Shown here one piece after another: positions 35,882 through 49,619 of a stretch of 64,000 nucleotides of DNA (the stretch's first letter is position 1; each line of letters starts with the position of its first letter). The translations under genes and the position numbers were made by a program. The notes below the pieces were generated by a model. It saw only the letters and a program-made list of their open reading frames with translations. It was not told where the DNA came from and did not search any database. The stretch comes from Sphyrna mokarran (Eukaryota): positions 620,001-684,000 of the forward strand of contig JAGIQG010000043.1 in NCBI GenBank assembly GCA_024679065.1, in the 5' to 3' direction.

Positions 35882-37554
35882 CCTCAATGCTCGTCACAAT
35901 TCTGCCCTCCCCATATTGTTATCTTCTGCAAACTTTGAGTTGTTACATGTTGTTCTCTCATGCCAATAATTATATATAGTGAATGGTTCAGCACCGATTG
36001 TTTCGGCACTAGCATTTGGTGGAAAATCAACTATTCATTCCTGCACTTTGTTTCCTAACTGCCAACCAGTTTTCTATCTATTCTAATATTCTTGCCCCAA
36101 TCCCCTCTGCTTTAATATTCCACGATAATCTCTTCGGCGGGGCTTTGCCAGGTGTTTTCTTGAAGTTCAAACATACCACGGTACACTTGATCACTTCAGG
36201 CAGTTCAACAGAATTTCAATAAAAACCCAAAATATCTCCTGAAGCTTGTCAGTCGTTTGCTTGGATATTTCTGTTTTTGATGCAGGTGCGGTAAAATAAT
36301 TTGGCTCCCAAGCTGCTCAGGTCCTTAGTTTTGGTAACAAACAACAAATTAGGTGCCCCTTTCACAGTGATGCCCCATTACAACAGGAGAATAAAGCTCC
36401 GATGTAATTTGCAGCCCTTGTAGAGCGGTTCCCTGACAGCTGTACGAACCATAATAACCGTTAATAGAGCAGAATTTCGTTAGCATATTTGCACTAATTT
36501 CAATGGTAAACTGAATGAACCTCTCAATTTTAAAGCAAGAAAGCTTTCTTTTAAAAAAAATTCAAAACATTGCGATCATTGTTCTTACGGTATTCCAGTC
36601 TTTTATTAATGTCCAATCCATGCATTTTATTGCATTTGGAAAACATTTAGGAAAATGACTTCTTTTGATTGCCAACCATGATCATCAGGATTGGCAAAGC
36701 AGGTTCGAAGAGCAGAAAGACAGTCTTCCATTTCTATTTTCTACATATGCTTCTAATATCTCAAGTAGAACCTCAATGAAACAGGCACATATCAACGTGT
36801 TACGTTGATGGAACGTTGTCTCTGGCAGTGATTTGTCCAAGTCAATAAGAAAAAATGAAAAAAGTTTTGTAAAGATTACAAAGTTACGACAATATCATGA
36901 AGTTCGTAAAGTGCATCAATGATTGAAAATGTTTGGTTTGCTAAATATTAAAAAAAACGTATTCATCTAACACACATTAAGAAAAATACAGGACCAGAGT
37001 TGATAGAATTAATTACGAGAAAGTAATTAAGAACGCACAAAACCAAATTTACTTCCGAACTGTGAATACAAAAAGCACTTTCTTTAATCATCACAAAATA
37101 AGCTGCGCTAGTTTGAAGAGTAGTGTTGACCGTTTTAACACTTAGCTTTTCTTTGCATAATGAAAATTTGTATTTAAAGAATGGAACTGATAATTTAAAT
37201 TTCCAGAGAAGGGAACTTGTCCACACCAATAATTGATCCAATTTGTCATCTTGCATCACTGGATTAGAAAGAGCACCTGGGAAATCTGCAGCTGGCATGG
37301 ACAGGATGATTCCAATGAGCTACTTCGGTGCTGTAACTTTTCACTTGTTCTACGACTGGAGTTGGATACGTTTTTCTCTCTCTCTTATTTGTCTAATTTC
37401 ACTGCAGTTTTAGGATAGTTGTAGTGCTGGAGGCGGGTCTGTCTTTATATGATCAGTTTACTTCAAATTATAAGCATAATCCAGTTTTATTATAAGGAAT
37501 ATGGTAACGAAACACTGAAAAATGTCAACAGAATGAGACAAAGTCAATATATAT

Positions 37555-37900
37555 TGGCGGTAAGGTAGCACAGTGGTTAGCACTGCTACTTCACAGCTCA
37601 AGTGTCCTGGGTTCGATTCTCAGCTCGGGTCACTCTCTGTATAGAGTTTGCACATTACCTTCTTGTCTGTGTATGTTTCCTCTGGGTACTCCAGTTTCCT
37701 TCCACAGTCCAAAGATGTGCGGGTTAGGTTGATTGGCCATGATAAGAAATCACCCCTTGGTATCGAGGGATGCATAGGTTAGAGGGATTAGTGGGTTTAA
37801 TAGGTAGGTTTATGATGGTAAGGCCTGAGTGGGATTGTGTTCAGTGCAGACTCGATATGCCAAAGGGCCGATTTCCGCACTGTAGGGTTGTAAGATTCTA
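37555..37900 (+). mobile_element. HE1/V-SINE-like SINE
   Basis: gtagcacagtggttagcactgctacttcacagc head and V core. Confidence 0.8.
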
Positions 37901-37999
37901 CATATTGATGACAAGGCAATTGTGTTTGACACACCTGAAGGAAGGAGAGATCCACATGATGGGATTATACTACATTCCCCTATAATGTCGGTGAGCAAT

Positions 38000-40890
38000 T
38001 GGGCAACAAATATGTAAGGAGATAAGAGACATCTGCAAGAAAAACAAAGCAGGGTGGTAAAAGTAGGGGGCTTTAACTTTCCAAACATTCTCTGGAACAG
38101 CCATATCAATAGGGGATTGGACAGAGAAACATTTGTTGAGTGTATTCATGAGAAATTTCTCATTCAGTATATGGATGACCCGATTCGAGAAGGGGCAAAA
38201 TTTGACCTCCTCTTGGGAAATAAGAAGAGCGGGTGACAGAAGTGTTCGTGAGGTATCACATCGGGACGAGTGACCAGCATTCCATTAATTTTAAGATAGC
38301 TATGGAGAGTGATAGACTTAGCCCGAAAGTTAGAATACTAAATTGTGGCAAATCCAATGTAGATGTTGGACAGCAAGTTTCAAGTTTGGGACAGGTAAAG
38401 GGGCTGATAGTCAGTGGGATGCTTTCAAATGTGTTTTAACCAGAGTTCAGGGTAAGCACGTTGTTTTGAGAAGGCGGGGCAAGGCTGGTAGTATTACAGA
38501 ACTCTGTATGACTCGGGGTATTAAGATCCTAGTCAAAGAGAAGAAGGAGGTATATAGGAATAATAATAGAATTAAAGAAGATAGGAGCAGGAGGAGGCCG
38601 TTTGGCCTTCTGAGCCTGCCTCACAATTCATTATATTCACGGTTGATCATCTAAATAAGTCTCCGAATCCTGTTTTAACCCCATCATCTTTGTGCCCATT
38701 ATTTTCAAGTACGAGATCTTGCCTCCTCTTGAATATATTAGCTGCTTCTTCAGTACTTATGGTATGCCTTGGCAGCTGGGATCAAGTGGATCTCTGAAGA
38801 AGTATATAACACGTCAGAATAAAGACAGAAACCAGGAGGGCCAAAGGGAGACATGAGATTGCATTGACAGAGAAAGCAAAGGATTTTTTTTAAAAAAAAC
38901 AAGTTCTACTTCAGATAGAGAAAAGGCAAAATACTAACCAGAGAAAGGGTAGCGGCTTCTAAGAATCAAGGATGTCATCTATGCGCTCATCTACAAGAGA
39001 GGATTGAATATTTCCCATCGTTTTTCACTTTTGAGAAAGACACGGACGTTTGGGACATGGAGAAATAAATAGTGATGATTTGAGGAGTGTTCATGTATCA
39101 GAGAAGGAGGCACTGCAAGTCTTACAACAAGTTAGGTAGATAACTCCCTGTGACCAAATGAAATAATCACAGGGCGTTGTGGGGGGCTGTGTCGGAAATG
39201 GACGAATCTCTAGCAGATATGTTCCAATCAGGGACAGCCACAGATGGGGTGACTGAAGATTGGAATTTGTAAGATCACAAGAACTAGGAGCAAGAGTAGG
39301 CCATCTCGCCCTCGAGCCTGAACCGCCATTCAATAAGTTTATGGCTGACATTTTGCAGATTAAAGTCCACTTATCTTCCTGGTCACCATAATACTTAATT
39401 CCGTTATTGTTCAAAAATGTATCTACCCTTGCTTAAAAACATTCAATGAGCTAAACTCAACTGCTTCACTAGAATTCCACAGATTCACAACTCATTGTGT
39501 GAAGAAGATCTTCCTCAACTTAGTCCTAAATCTTCTTGCCTTAACTTTGAGGTTATGTTCCCTAGTTCTAGCTCACCCATCAGTGGAAACAACTTCCTTG
39601 TGTATATCTTATTTATTCTCTTCATAATCTAATATGTTTCTATAAAATCTCCCCTCGCTTTTCTGAATTCCAATGAATATAACTCCAGACCATTCAGTTT
39701 CTCTTCCTAAGCTAAACCTCTCAACCCTGAAATCAACCTGGTGAATCTCCACTGCATCCCTTCCAGAGCCAGTATGTCATTTCTTAAGTAAGGAGACCAA
39801 AACTGGATACAGTACTCCAGGTGCAGACGCCTTATACAGTTGCAACATAACCTCGCTGTACTTAAACCCCATCCCCCTAGCAGTAAAAGACAAAATTCAA
39901 TTTGCCTTCTTAATCTACTGAACTTGAAAGCCAACTCCTTGAGATTCCTGAACAAGAACACCCGGGTCCCTCTGCACAGCAGTATGCTGCATTTTTGTAA
40001 CCATTTAAATAATAGTCCATTTTCTATGTTATTACTACTAAAATGGATGACCTCACATTTACCGACATTGCATTCCATCTGCCAGACCCTCGCCCGCTCA
40101 CTTAGACATTCCGTATCCTTTCCAGACTTCCAGCGTCCTCTGCACACTTTGCTCTACCGCTCATCTTGGTGCCATCTATGAATTTTCACAAACTACACTT
40201 GGTTCCCAACTCCAAATATTCGAGGTAAATTATGAACAATTGTGGTCTCAACACTGATTCCTGAGGCACATCACTAGTCACGGATCGCCAGCCAAAAAAA
40301 AACAATTACCACCACTCTGTAGCACTGTGCACCTTTATCTTATGGAGCAGTTTTTGGTGTGGCACCGTGTCAAACGCTTTCCAAATATGCAGATGCACCA
40401 CATCCACACATTCCTGCTTGTCCAATGTTCTCAAAGAATTCCACCAAATCAGTCAGACATGGTTTTCCCTTCATGAATCAATGCTATGTCTTACCAATGA
40501 AACAATTTATATCCAGATGTCTTGCTATTTATTATTTGATGATACATTCAAGCATTTCCTTTACTACAGAAGTCAAGCTAACCAGCCAATTGTTACCTGA
40601 CTGCTGTCTACCTCTTAAAATACATGGTGGCACCACATTTGCTGCTTCCAATCTGCAGGATCAATCCCAGAGTCCACTAGCGAATTTGCTACTTCTCCCA
40701 CCATCTCTTTAGTATCCAAGTTTGCATTCCATCAGAACTTGGACACTTGTCTACCTTTAACCCCATTAACTTGCCCAACATTACCTTTTTCGTGATAACG
40801 ATAGATTCCCTTTCTCACCTGCCATATCCTTCCTGTCATTAATTTGTGACATGTTATTTGTGACTTTCACTGTGAAGACCGACATTTAGC
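38000..40890. mobile_element. Cluster of old CR1 fragments in both orientations
   Basis: GFNFPNI.W, DLLLGN (+); WQMECNVGKCEVIHF, HLEYCIQFWSP (-). Confidence 0.8.
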
Positions 40891-40937
40891 AAACGTTGTG
40901 TGTTTGTTTAAAAAAGGCTGCACGGAAAAGCCTGAGG

Positions 40938-43660
40938 TGCAGATAGGGAAGCAGATGTAGAAATAACAGTATTGTCGTGATGGGAGATTTCAATTTCCCA
41001 AACATCGACTGGAATATCCCAAGGGTAAGGGGTTTGGATGGTGTGGAGTTTGTTAGATGTGTTCAGGAAGGTTTCCTGACACAGCACGTGGAAAAGCCCA
41101 CGAGAGGAGAGGCTGTACTTGACCTGATGCTTGCTAATGAGCCAGGGCAGGTGTCAGATCTCACGGTAGGTGAGCATCTTGAGAATGGACATCATAATTC
41201 TATCTCTTTCACGGTAGCGATGGAAAGAGATAGGATCAGGCAGGCTAGGAAGGTGTATGTCTGGAGTAAGGGGAAATATGAAAACATTAGGCAGGTAACT
41301 GGACGTATGAACTGGAAGGAGGTGTTCTTGGGGAGGAGTACAGAAGGAAAGTGCCAGTTTTTCAAGGAATGTTTGCCTGGGGCACTGCAAGACAACGTTC
41401 CGAGGAGTCAAGGAGGTTCTGGTAGAACGTGGGAACCGTGGTGCACGAAGGTAGCGGTGAACCTAGTTGGGAAGAAAAAAAAAGTATATAAAAGGTTCAG
41501 AGAGCTAGAGGGTGTTAGAAATCTAGAGGAGAATAAGGTGTGTAGAAGGGAACTTAAGAGGGAAATTAGGAGAGCCAGAAGAGGTCATGAGAAAGCCTTG
41601 GCAGGTAAGATTAAGGAGAATCCCAAGGCCTTCGACAAATATGTGAAAGTAAAAGGATGAGAAGGGAAGGGATAAGGCCTATAAAAGGTGAAGTGGGAAA
41701 AGTCTGTGTGAATCCGGAAGAAATGGCAGACGTGCTTAACGAGTACTTTGCCTCGGTATTCATAGTGGAAAGTGAACTGGGAGATTGCACTGCAGGTTTG
41801 AGGCACACGGAAAAGATTGAGTATGTGGATGTTGGGAAAGAGGATGTGTTAATAGAACATAGAACATAGAACATTACAGCGCAGAACAGGGCCTTCGGAC
41901 TTCGATGTTGCGCCGACCAATTCTGAAAAAAAAAGCAATGACCCTCCAAACTAAACCATTCCCTTCTCTTCCATAAACTTATCAACTAACCTCTTAAACG
42001 CCACCAAACTTGGCGCATCTACAACTGTCGCAGGCAGGGCATTCCACTCCCTAACCACCCTCTGGGTAAAGGTTAGAATTTAACAGGTCATGTTAGACCT
42101 GTTAAATTCTATCAAGATAGACAAGTTGCCGGGACCGGATGGGATGTACCCCAGGTTATTGTGGGAGGTGAGGGAAGTGGCTGCAGAGCCCCTGGCGATG
42201 ATCTTTGCATCGTCAATGTAAATGGGAGAGGTTCCAGAGGATTGGAGGATTGCGGATATGGTTCCTATCTTTAATAAAGGGAACAGGGATAGTCCAGGAA
42301 ATTACTGACCGGAGAGTTTGACTTCCGTGGTTGGTAATCTGATGGAGAGGCTTCTGAGGGATAAGATATATAAACATTTGAAGAAGTTTGGACTGATTAG
42401 AAATAGTCAGCATGGTTTTGTCAAGGGCAGGTCATGCCTGACGAGCCTAGTTGACTTCTTCGAAAAAGTGACTGAACACATTGACGAAGGAAGAGCGGTG
42501 GACGTAGTGTACATGGACTTTAGTAAGACGTTTGATACGGTCCCCCATGCAAGGCTTCTGGAGAAGGTGAGAGGGCATGGGATCCAACGGGCTTTGGCCT
42601 CGTGGATCCAGAACTGGCTTGCCGGCAGAAGGCAGAGAGTGGTTGTGGATGGGTCTTCTTCTGCATGGAGGCCGGTAACCAGTGGAGTGCCCCAAGGAAC
42701 TGTTCTGGGACCCCTGCTGTTTGTCATTTTCATAAATGACCTGGATGAGGAAGCGGAGGGATGGGTTAGCAAGTTCGCCGACGATGCAAAGGTCGGTGGT
42801 GTTGTGGATGGTCTGGAGGGATGCCAAAAGTTGCAGCGGGACATAGACAGGATGCAAGAGTGGGCGGAGAAGTGGCAAATGGACTTCAATGCACATAAAT
42901 GTGCAGTGTCCATTTTGGCAGGAATAATGGAATGAAGGAGTACAATATAAGGGGTAGGAGTCTTAGCTGTGTTGTAGAGCAGAAGGATCTCGAGGTCCGG
43001 GTCCATAGGACTCTTCAATCGGCCTCGCAGGTGGAGGAAGTGGTCAAGAAGGCGTACGGTGTACTGGCCTTCATTAATCGTGGAATAGATTTTCAGAGTC
43101 AGGAGGTAATGATGCAGCTCTATAAGACTCTTGTCAGACCCCAGTTGGAGTATTGTGCGCTGTTCTGGTCGCCTAATTATAGGAAGGATGTAGAGGCTAT
43201 TGAGAGATTTCAGAGGAGATTTACAAGGATGCTGCCTGGATTGGGAGGCAGGCCTTATGAAGATAGGTTGAGGGAGCTGGGACTCTTCTCACTGGAGAGA
43301 CGTAGGTTGAGAGGCGACCTGATAGAGGTTTATAAAATGTTGAGAGGAATAGATAGGGTGGACTCTCAGAGACTATTTCCCCGAGCTGAAATGGTCACTA
43401 CGAGAGGACACAGATTTAAGGTGCAGGGAAGCAAATACAAAGGAGATGTCAGGGGTAGGTTTTCCACTCAGAGGGTGGTGAGTGAATGGAACCGACTGCC
43501 GTCGGAGGTTGTTGAGGCAAACTCACTGGGGTCTTTTAAGAGACTTCTGGATGAGTATATGGAAACAAATAGGATAGGAGATTATAGATAGGTCTGTGGA
43601 TTGGTAGATGTGGTTGGCGCAACTCGTGGGCCGAAGGGGTGTTTGTGCTGTATTGTTCTA
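40938..43660 (+). mobile_element. CR1-B LINE ORF2 (endonuclease C-terminus and RT), with a nested CR1-A 3' end at ~41850-42070
   Basis: [37 protein letters not shown]; frameshifted; absent from the right arm. Confidence 0.93.
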
Positions 43661-46002
43661 TAGAACATAGAACATAGAACAATACAGCACAGAACAGGCC
43701 CTTCGGCCTTCGATGTTGTGCCGACCAAAATAAAAAGCAATGCCCTCCAAACTAAACCATTCCCTTCTCTTCCATATACTTATCAATTAACCTCTTAAAC
43801 GCCACCAAACTTGGCGCATCTACAACAGCTGCAGGCAGGGCATTCCCATCCCTAATCACTCTTTGAGTAAAGAACCTACCTCTGATATCCGTCCTATAAC
43901 TCATACCCCTTAATTTAAAGTTGTGTCCCCTCGTGCTAGCTTTTTCCATCCTAGGAAAAAGGCTATCACTGTCCACCCTATCCAAACCTCTAATTATCTT
44001 ATATGTTTCAATAAGATCCCCCTTAGCCGCCTCCTTTCTAACGAAAACAACCTCAAATCCTTCAACCTCTCTTCATAGGACCTGCCCTCCATACCAGGCA
44101 ACATCCTGGTAAACCTCCTCTGTACCTCTCCAATGCCTCCACATCTTTCTTATAATGTGGCGACCAGAACTGCACACAATACTCCAAGTGCGGCCGCACT
44201 AGAGTTTTGTACAGCTGCAACATGATGCTGCGGCTCCTAAATTCAATCCCCTACCAATAAAAGCTAAGACTCCATATGCCTTCTTAACAACTTTATCCAC
44301 TTGACTGCCTACTTTCAGGATCTATTGACACATACACCAAGATCCTTCTGTTCCTCAACACTATTAAGAGCCCTACCATTAGCCCTATACTCTACACATT
44401 TATTTTTCCTGCCAAAGTGCATTACCTCACACTTTTCCACATTAAACTCCATTTGCCACCTCTCGGCCCAGCTCTGCAACTTGTCCAAGTCACTCTGTAA
44501 ACTAAAACACCCCTCTCCACTATCTACCACACCACCAACTTTAGTATCATCTGCAAATTTACTGATCCATCCCTCAATACCCTCATCCAGATCATTTATA
44601 AAAATTACAAACAGCAGGGGCCCCAAAACAGACCCCTGAGGCACACCACTCGTCACCGAACTCCACGATTAATATCTCCCATCAACCACCACCCTCTGTC
44701 TTCTATCTGCCAGCCAATTTCTAATCCAATTAGCTAAATCACCCTCTATTCCACACATCTGCATTTTCTGTAGAAGTCTTCCATGGGCCACCTTATCAAA
44801 AGCCTTACTAAAGTCCATATATACTACATCAACCGCCTTACCCCCATCCACCTCTCTGGTCACTTTCTCAAAAAACTCAATGAGGTTAGTAAGGCATGAC
44901 CTACCCTTCACGAAACCATGCTGACTATCCCCAATCAATTCATTTCTCTCTAAATAACTATAAATCCTATCCCTAATAATTCTCTCCAATACCTTGCCCA
45001 CCACAGAAGTAAGACTCACTGGCCTATAATTCCCAGGAAGGTCTCTCTTCCCCTTCTTAAACAATGGGACCACATTCGCCATCCTCCAGTCCTCCGGAAC
45101 CACACCCGTAACCAACGAGGACCTGAAGATCAGAGCCAGAGGCTCTGCAATCTCCTCTCTTGCCTCCCAGAGAATCCTAGGGTAAATCCCGTCCGGCCCA
45201 GGGGACTTATCCAACTTCAAACCCTCGAGAATTTCTAACACATCCTCCCTATCTACTACAATACTCCCCAATTTGCAACCCTGTACCTCAGTGCTCTCCA
45301 CAGCTACATTTCCAGCACTCTGCGTGAATACCGAAGAGAAATATTTATTCAGTGCCTCGCCAATCTCTTCAGGCTCCACGCACAACTTCCCACTGCTATC
45401 TATGACTGGCCCTAATCTTGCCCTAACCAATCTTCTATTCTTAACATATCGAAAGAAAGCTTTAGGATTCTCCTTAATCCTATCAGCCAACATCTTCTCG
45501 TGTCCCCTCTTAGCTCTCCTCAATTCACTTTTTACCTCCTTCCTAGCTAATCTATAGCTATCCATTGCACTACCTGAGCCTTCAAGCCTCATCCTGACAT
45601 AAGCCTCCTTTTTCTTCTTAACCAGCAAATCAACTCTTTTCGTACACCAAGGCTCTCTTACTCGTCCATTTCCTCCCTGCCTGACAGGGACATACTTATC
45701 AAGGACTCTCAGCAGCTGCTCCTTGAATAAGCACCACATTCCAGATGTTCCCAGTCCCTGTAGTTCCCTAGTCCAATCTACGCACCCTAATTCTCTCCTG
45801 ATGGCCTCATAATTACCCTTCCCCCAGCTATAACTACAGCCCCCAGCTTCATGCCTATCCCTGTCCATCACTAAGGTGAACGTAACCGAATTGTGGTCAC
45901 TATCACCAAAATGTTCACTAACTTCCAAGCCTAACACCTGGTCTGGCTCATTGCCCAGCACCAAATCCAATGTAGCCTCACCTCTAGTTGGCCTATCTAC
46001 AT
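43661..46002 (-). mobile_element. Young CR1-A LINE inserted into the tail of the preceding element
   Basis: Long ORF2 segment (most of ORF 44669-46126) with DKSPGPDG, NYRPVSLTS, DFSKAFD; a few stops and frameshifts. Confidence 0.95.
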
Positions 46003-46370
46003 ATTTAATCCGGAAAAATGCGAGGTGATGCATTTTGGCCGGAAAAATGTAGAAGAGAATTATAGGATAAAAGGTAAAACTATACGGAGCATAGAGACGC
46101 AGAGAGACTTGGGGGTGCAGGTTCACAAGTCTCTGAAGGTGTCCTCATTGGAAAAAGTTTACCTCCATTTACTCCATCTACACCCCTTACAATCTTACAC
46201 ACCTCCATGAGATCCCCTCCAAGCCGACGTCCCCCAAGGGAAAAGAACCCCAGTCCACCCAACCGTTCCCCACAGGACAGTCCCTCCACACCAGGCAGCA
46301 TCCCGGCAAACCTCCTCCGCACTCTCTCCAAGGACCCCACATCCCTCCGATAGCACGGAGACCAGAACTG
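46003..46370. mobile_element. Chimeric CR1-C fragments at the 5' junction (46003-46147 +; 46150-46370 -, A-to-G hypermutated)
   Basis: Homologous to 8008-8152 and 7655-7875 respectively. Confidence 0.85.
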
Positions 46371-47308
46371 TTCTATGTAACTTCATACTGATAAAACTAA
46401 CGCATGTGATGGATAAGTAGTTACGAGATATTCTGAGGAGCAGGATCTACTGGCATTTGGAGACGCCAGAATTAATTAGAAACAGTCAGCATGTGTTTCA
46501 GGGAACAAAGAATAAAGAACCAAACAGCACGGCAAACAGGTCCTTCGGCCCCAATAGCCTGTGCCGCCACCTCGATGTTCCCACTTCCACCCATGATCCC
46601 TGTTTATGTTTATAAAAATCTGCATTAGAACCAAATTTGCGAGACAATTTAGGGGAATTTATTTTGCCACTCAGCCTAAGAGCACATCTTTGGGATGTGG
46701 GAGGAAACCAGAACACACGGAGAGAACTTACGTAAGCACAGGGAGAATGTGAAAACTCTCACAGACATAGACCCAAATCCATGTATCTGCACAGCACAGC
46801 GATAGTCATTGAGCTGTCGTGTTTCAGAGTGGAATTTCTCATGAATTGGAATGAAATTTTTGAAGATGTTACCAGGAAAGTAGATGAAGTCAGCGCAGTC
46901 ACAGATGTCGACATGGACAAGCGCACAGCCTTACAAGGTACCACATGGTAGGTTTTTACATAAGATTAAATATCATGCAATCCAGGATGAGGTAGCCAAT
47001 TGGATGCAAAGTTTGCTTCACGGCAGAAGACAATCAGTGGTTGCAGATGTTTTTATTATATCTCAAACTGGAGGTCAGTGACCAGTGATAAGCTGGGCAA
47101 GAGCTGGATCTGCTGATTTTTTAATCTAACAATCATTTGAATGAGAAGTCTGTGTGATGATAGAACGATGGAACAGCTTTGAACATAACTGCATATTCAT
47201 TGTGTTGTGCAAACCTGCATGTTTTGACCTCTGTACATAAAAAAGACACAGTGTCGACCTTAAATGCAATTTCCTTTATTCTAAAGCTGCATAAACAACA
47301 TTAAATAC

Positions 47309-47750
47309 AAAGAACAAAACAGCACGGGAAACAGGCCCTACGGCCCAACGAGCCCGCGCCATCACCCCGATGTTCCCACCTCTACCCGGGATCCCTGTCC
47401 ATGTTTATAGATCTATGGATTAAAAACCAAATTTGAGACAATTTAGGGAGAATTTGTTTTGCCAATTAGCCTAACAGCACATCTTTGGGATGTGGGAGGA
47501 AACCGGAGCTCCAGGGGAAAACCCACGCAAGTACGTGGAGAATGCGCAAACTCCCACAGGCACAGGCCCAAATCCATGTATCTGCACACCGCAGCGATAG
47601 TCACTGAGCTATCGTGTTGCCCATCAGATGGTCCAGGTCAAGCATACACTAACGACGTGAAGCAGTAGGATACTCTCGAGAAAGATCCAAGAGCAGTCCT
47701 CTCACGACCCATCGCGTGTATGCCCCTCGTTAGACAACAAGGTGGACCAA
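47309..47750 (-). mobile_element. CR1-C 3' UTR insertion (left arm only)
   Basis: Empty site at ~48485; possible target duplication aaatac/aaatgc. Confidence 0.75.
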
Positions 47751-49619
47751 ATGCTTGCAATGCATCAATAAAATACTCACTGTTTTTTACCTGAAGGTAA
47801 GATTCCCACTTGCAATTAAAATATATCCAACTGTTTGTTGTCTCATTCAATGAGCCTTTTGGTCTCCTCTTTTTCCAGGTTGTTGTCTCCCTTTGTGTTT
47901 TTGGTCCCAGAGTTCTTCACTCTGCCCTCTGAACCAGTGTTAGTGTGATTAAAACTTTAAATTTTTCCTTGTAACCATAGAACATTACAGCACAGTGCAG
48001 GCCCTTCGGCCCTCGATGCTGTGCCCAATCGCAAGATCAAGCTATCACCTTAACTTGGTGTTGTGAGAATACTTGCTCTCCTTAGCAGGGAGGAGTATTT
48101 TGCATGCTTTCGGAGCCTGTGTTCCTTATCTGCACTTATATCCTTATGCACTTAAGGAGCTGATACAATAAGTCCTGGGGTGACGAATACAAACACTGTG
48201 GCTCTAGTTGATTGGTCGAATTGATGGATGCATTCGTGATTTTTGGTCAATGCAATAGTTGGTTACAATGGAAAAAATGAAAGTTTGCACTACACTAACA
48301 CTGGTTCAGAGGGCAGCGTGAAGAAGCCGTGGACCAAGCACACAAAGGGAGAAAACAACCTGGAAAAAGAGGATACCAAATGGCTAATTGAATGCGACAA
48401 CAAACAACTGGGTATATTTTAATTGCAAGTGGAAATCTTACTTTCAGCTAAATAACAGTGAGTATTTTATAGAGACATTGCAAGTATTTACTGTTGTTTA
48501 TGCAGCTTTAGAATAAAGGAAATTGCATTTAAAGTCGACACTGTGTCTTTTTTGTACAAAGGTCAAAACATGCAGGTTTGCACAACACAATGAATATGCA
48601 GTTATGTTCAAAGCTGTTCCATCTTTCTATCAGCACACAGACTTTTCATTCAAATGATTGATAGATTAAGAAAAAAACAGCAGATCCAGCTCTTGTCCAG
48701 CTCATCACTGGTCACTGGCCTCCAGTTTGAGATATAATAAAAACCTCTGCCACCCCTGATTGTCTTCTGTGGTGAAGCAAACTTTGCATCCAATTGGCTA
48801 CCTCATCGTGGATTGCATGATATTTAACCTTATGCAAAAACCTACCATGTGGTACCTTGTCAAGGCCGTGCGCATGTCCATGTCGACATCTGTCAACTGC
48901 GCTGCCCTCATCTACCTTCCTGGTTACATCTTCAAAAATTTCATTCCAACTCATGAGAAATTCCACTCTGAATCAGGACAGCTCAGTGACTATCACCGTA
49001 CTGTGCAGATACATGGATGTGGGTCTGTGTCTGTGGGAGTTTTCACATTCTCCCCGTGTTTGCGTGGGTTTTCTGCGGGTGCTCCGGTTTCCTCCCACAA
49101 CCCTTAGATGTGCTCTTAGGCTGAGTGGCAAAATAAATTCCCCCTAAATTGTCTCGCAAATTTGGTTCCAATGCAGATTTCTATAAACATAGATAGGGAT
49201 CATGGGTGGAAGTGGGAACATCGAGGTGGCGGCGTGGGCTGGTGGAGCCGAAGGACCTGTTTCCCGTGCTGTTTTGTTCTTTATTATTTGTTCTTCGAAC
49301 CCCATGGTGACTGTTTCTAATCAATTCTGGCGTCGCCAAATGCCAGTAGATCCAATTGCTCAGAATATCTTCTAACTACTCATCAATCACATGTGATAGA
49401 TTTATCAGTCTGAAGTTCCTAGGCTTTTCCCTGCAACCTTTTTTAAACAAACACACAGCGTTTGTGAAATGTCGGTCTTCACAGTGGAAGGCACAAATAA
49501 CATGTCACAAATTAAGGTCAGGAAGGATATAGCAGGTGAGAAGGTGAAACTATCGTTATCACGAAGAAGGTAATGTTGGGCAAGTTAATGGGCTTAAAGA
49601 TAGACAAGTGTCCAAGTTC

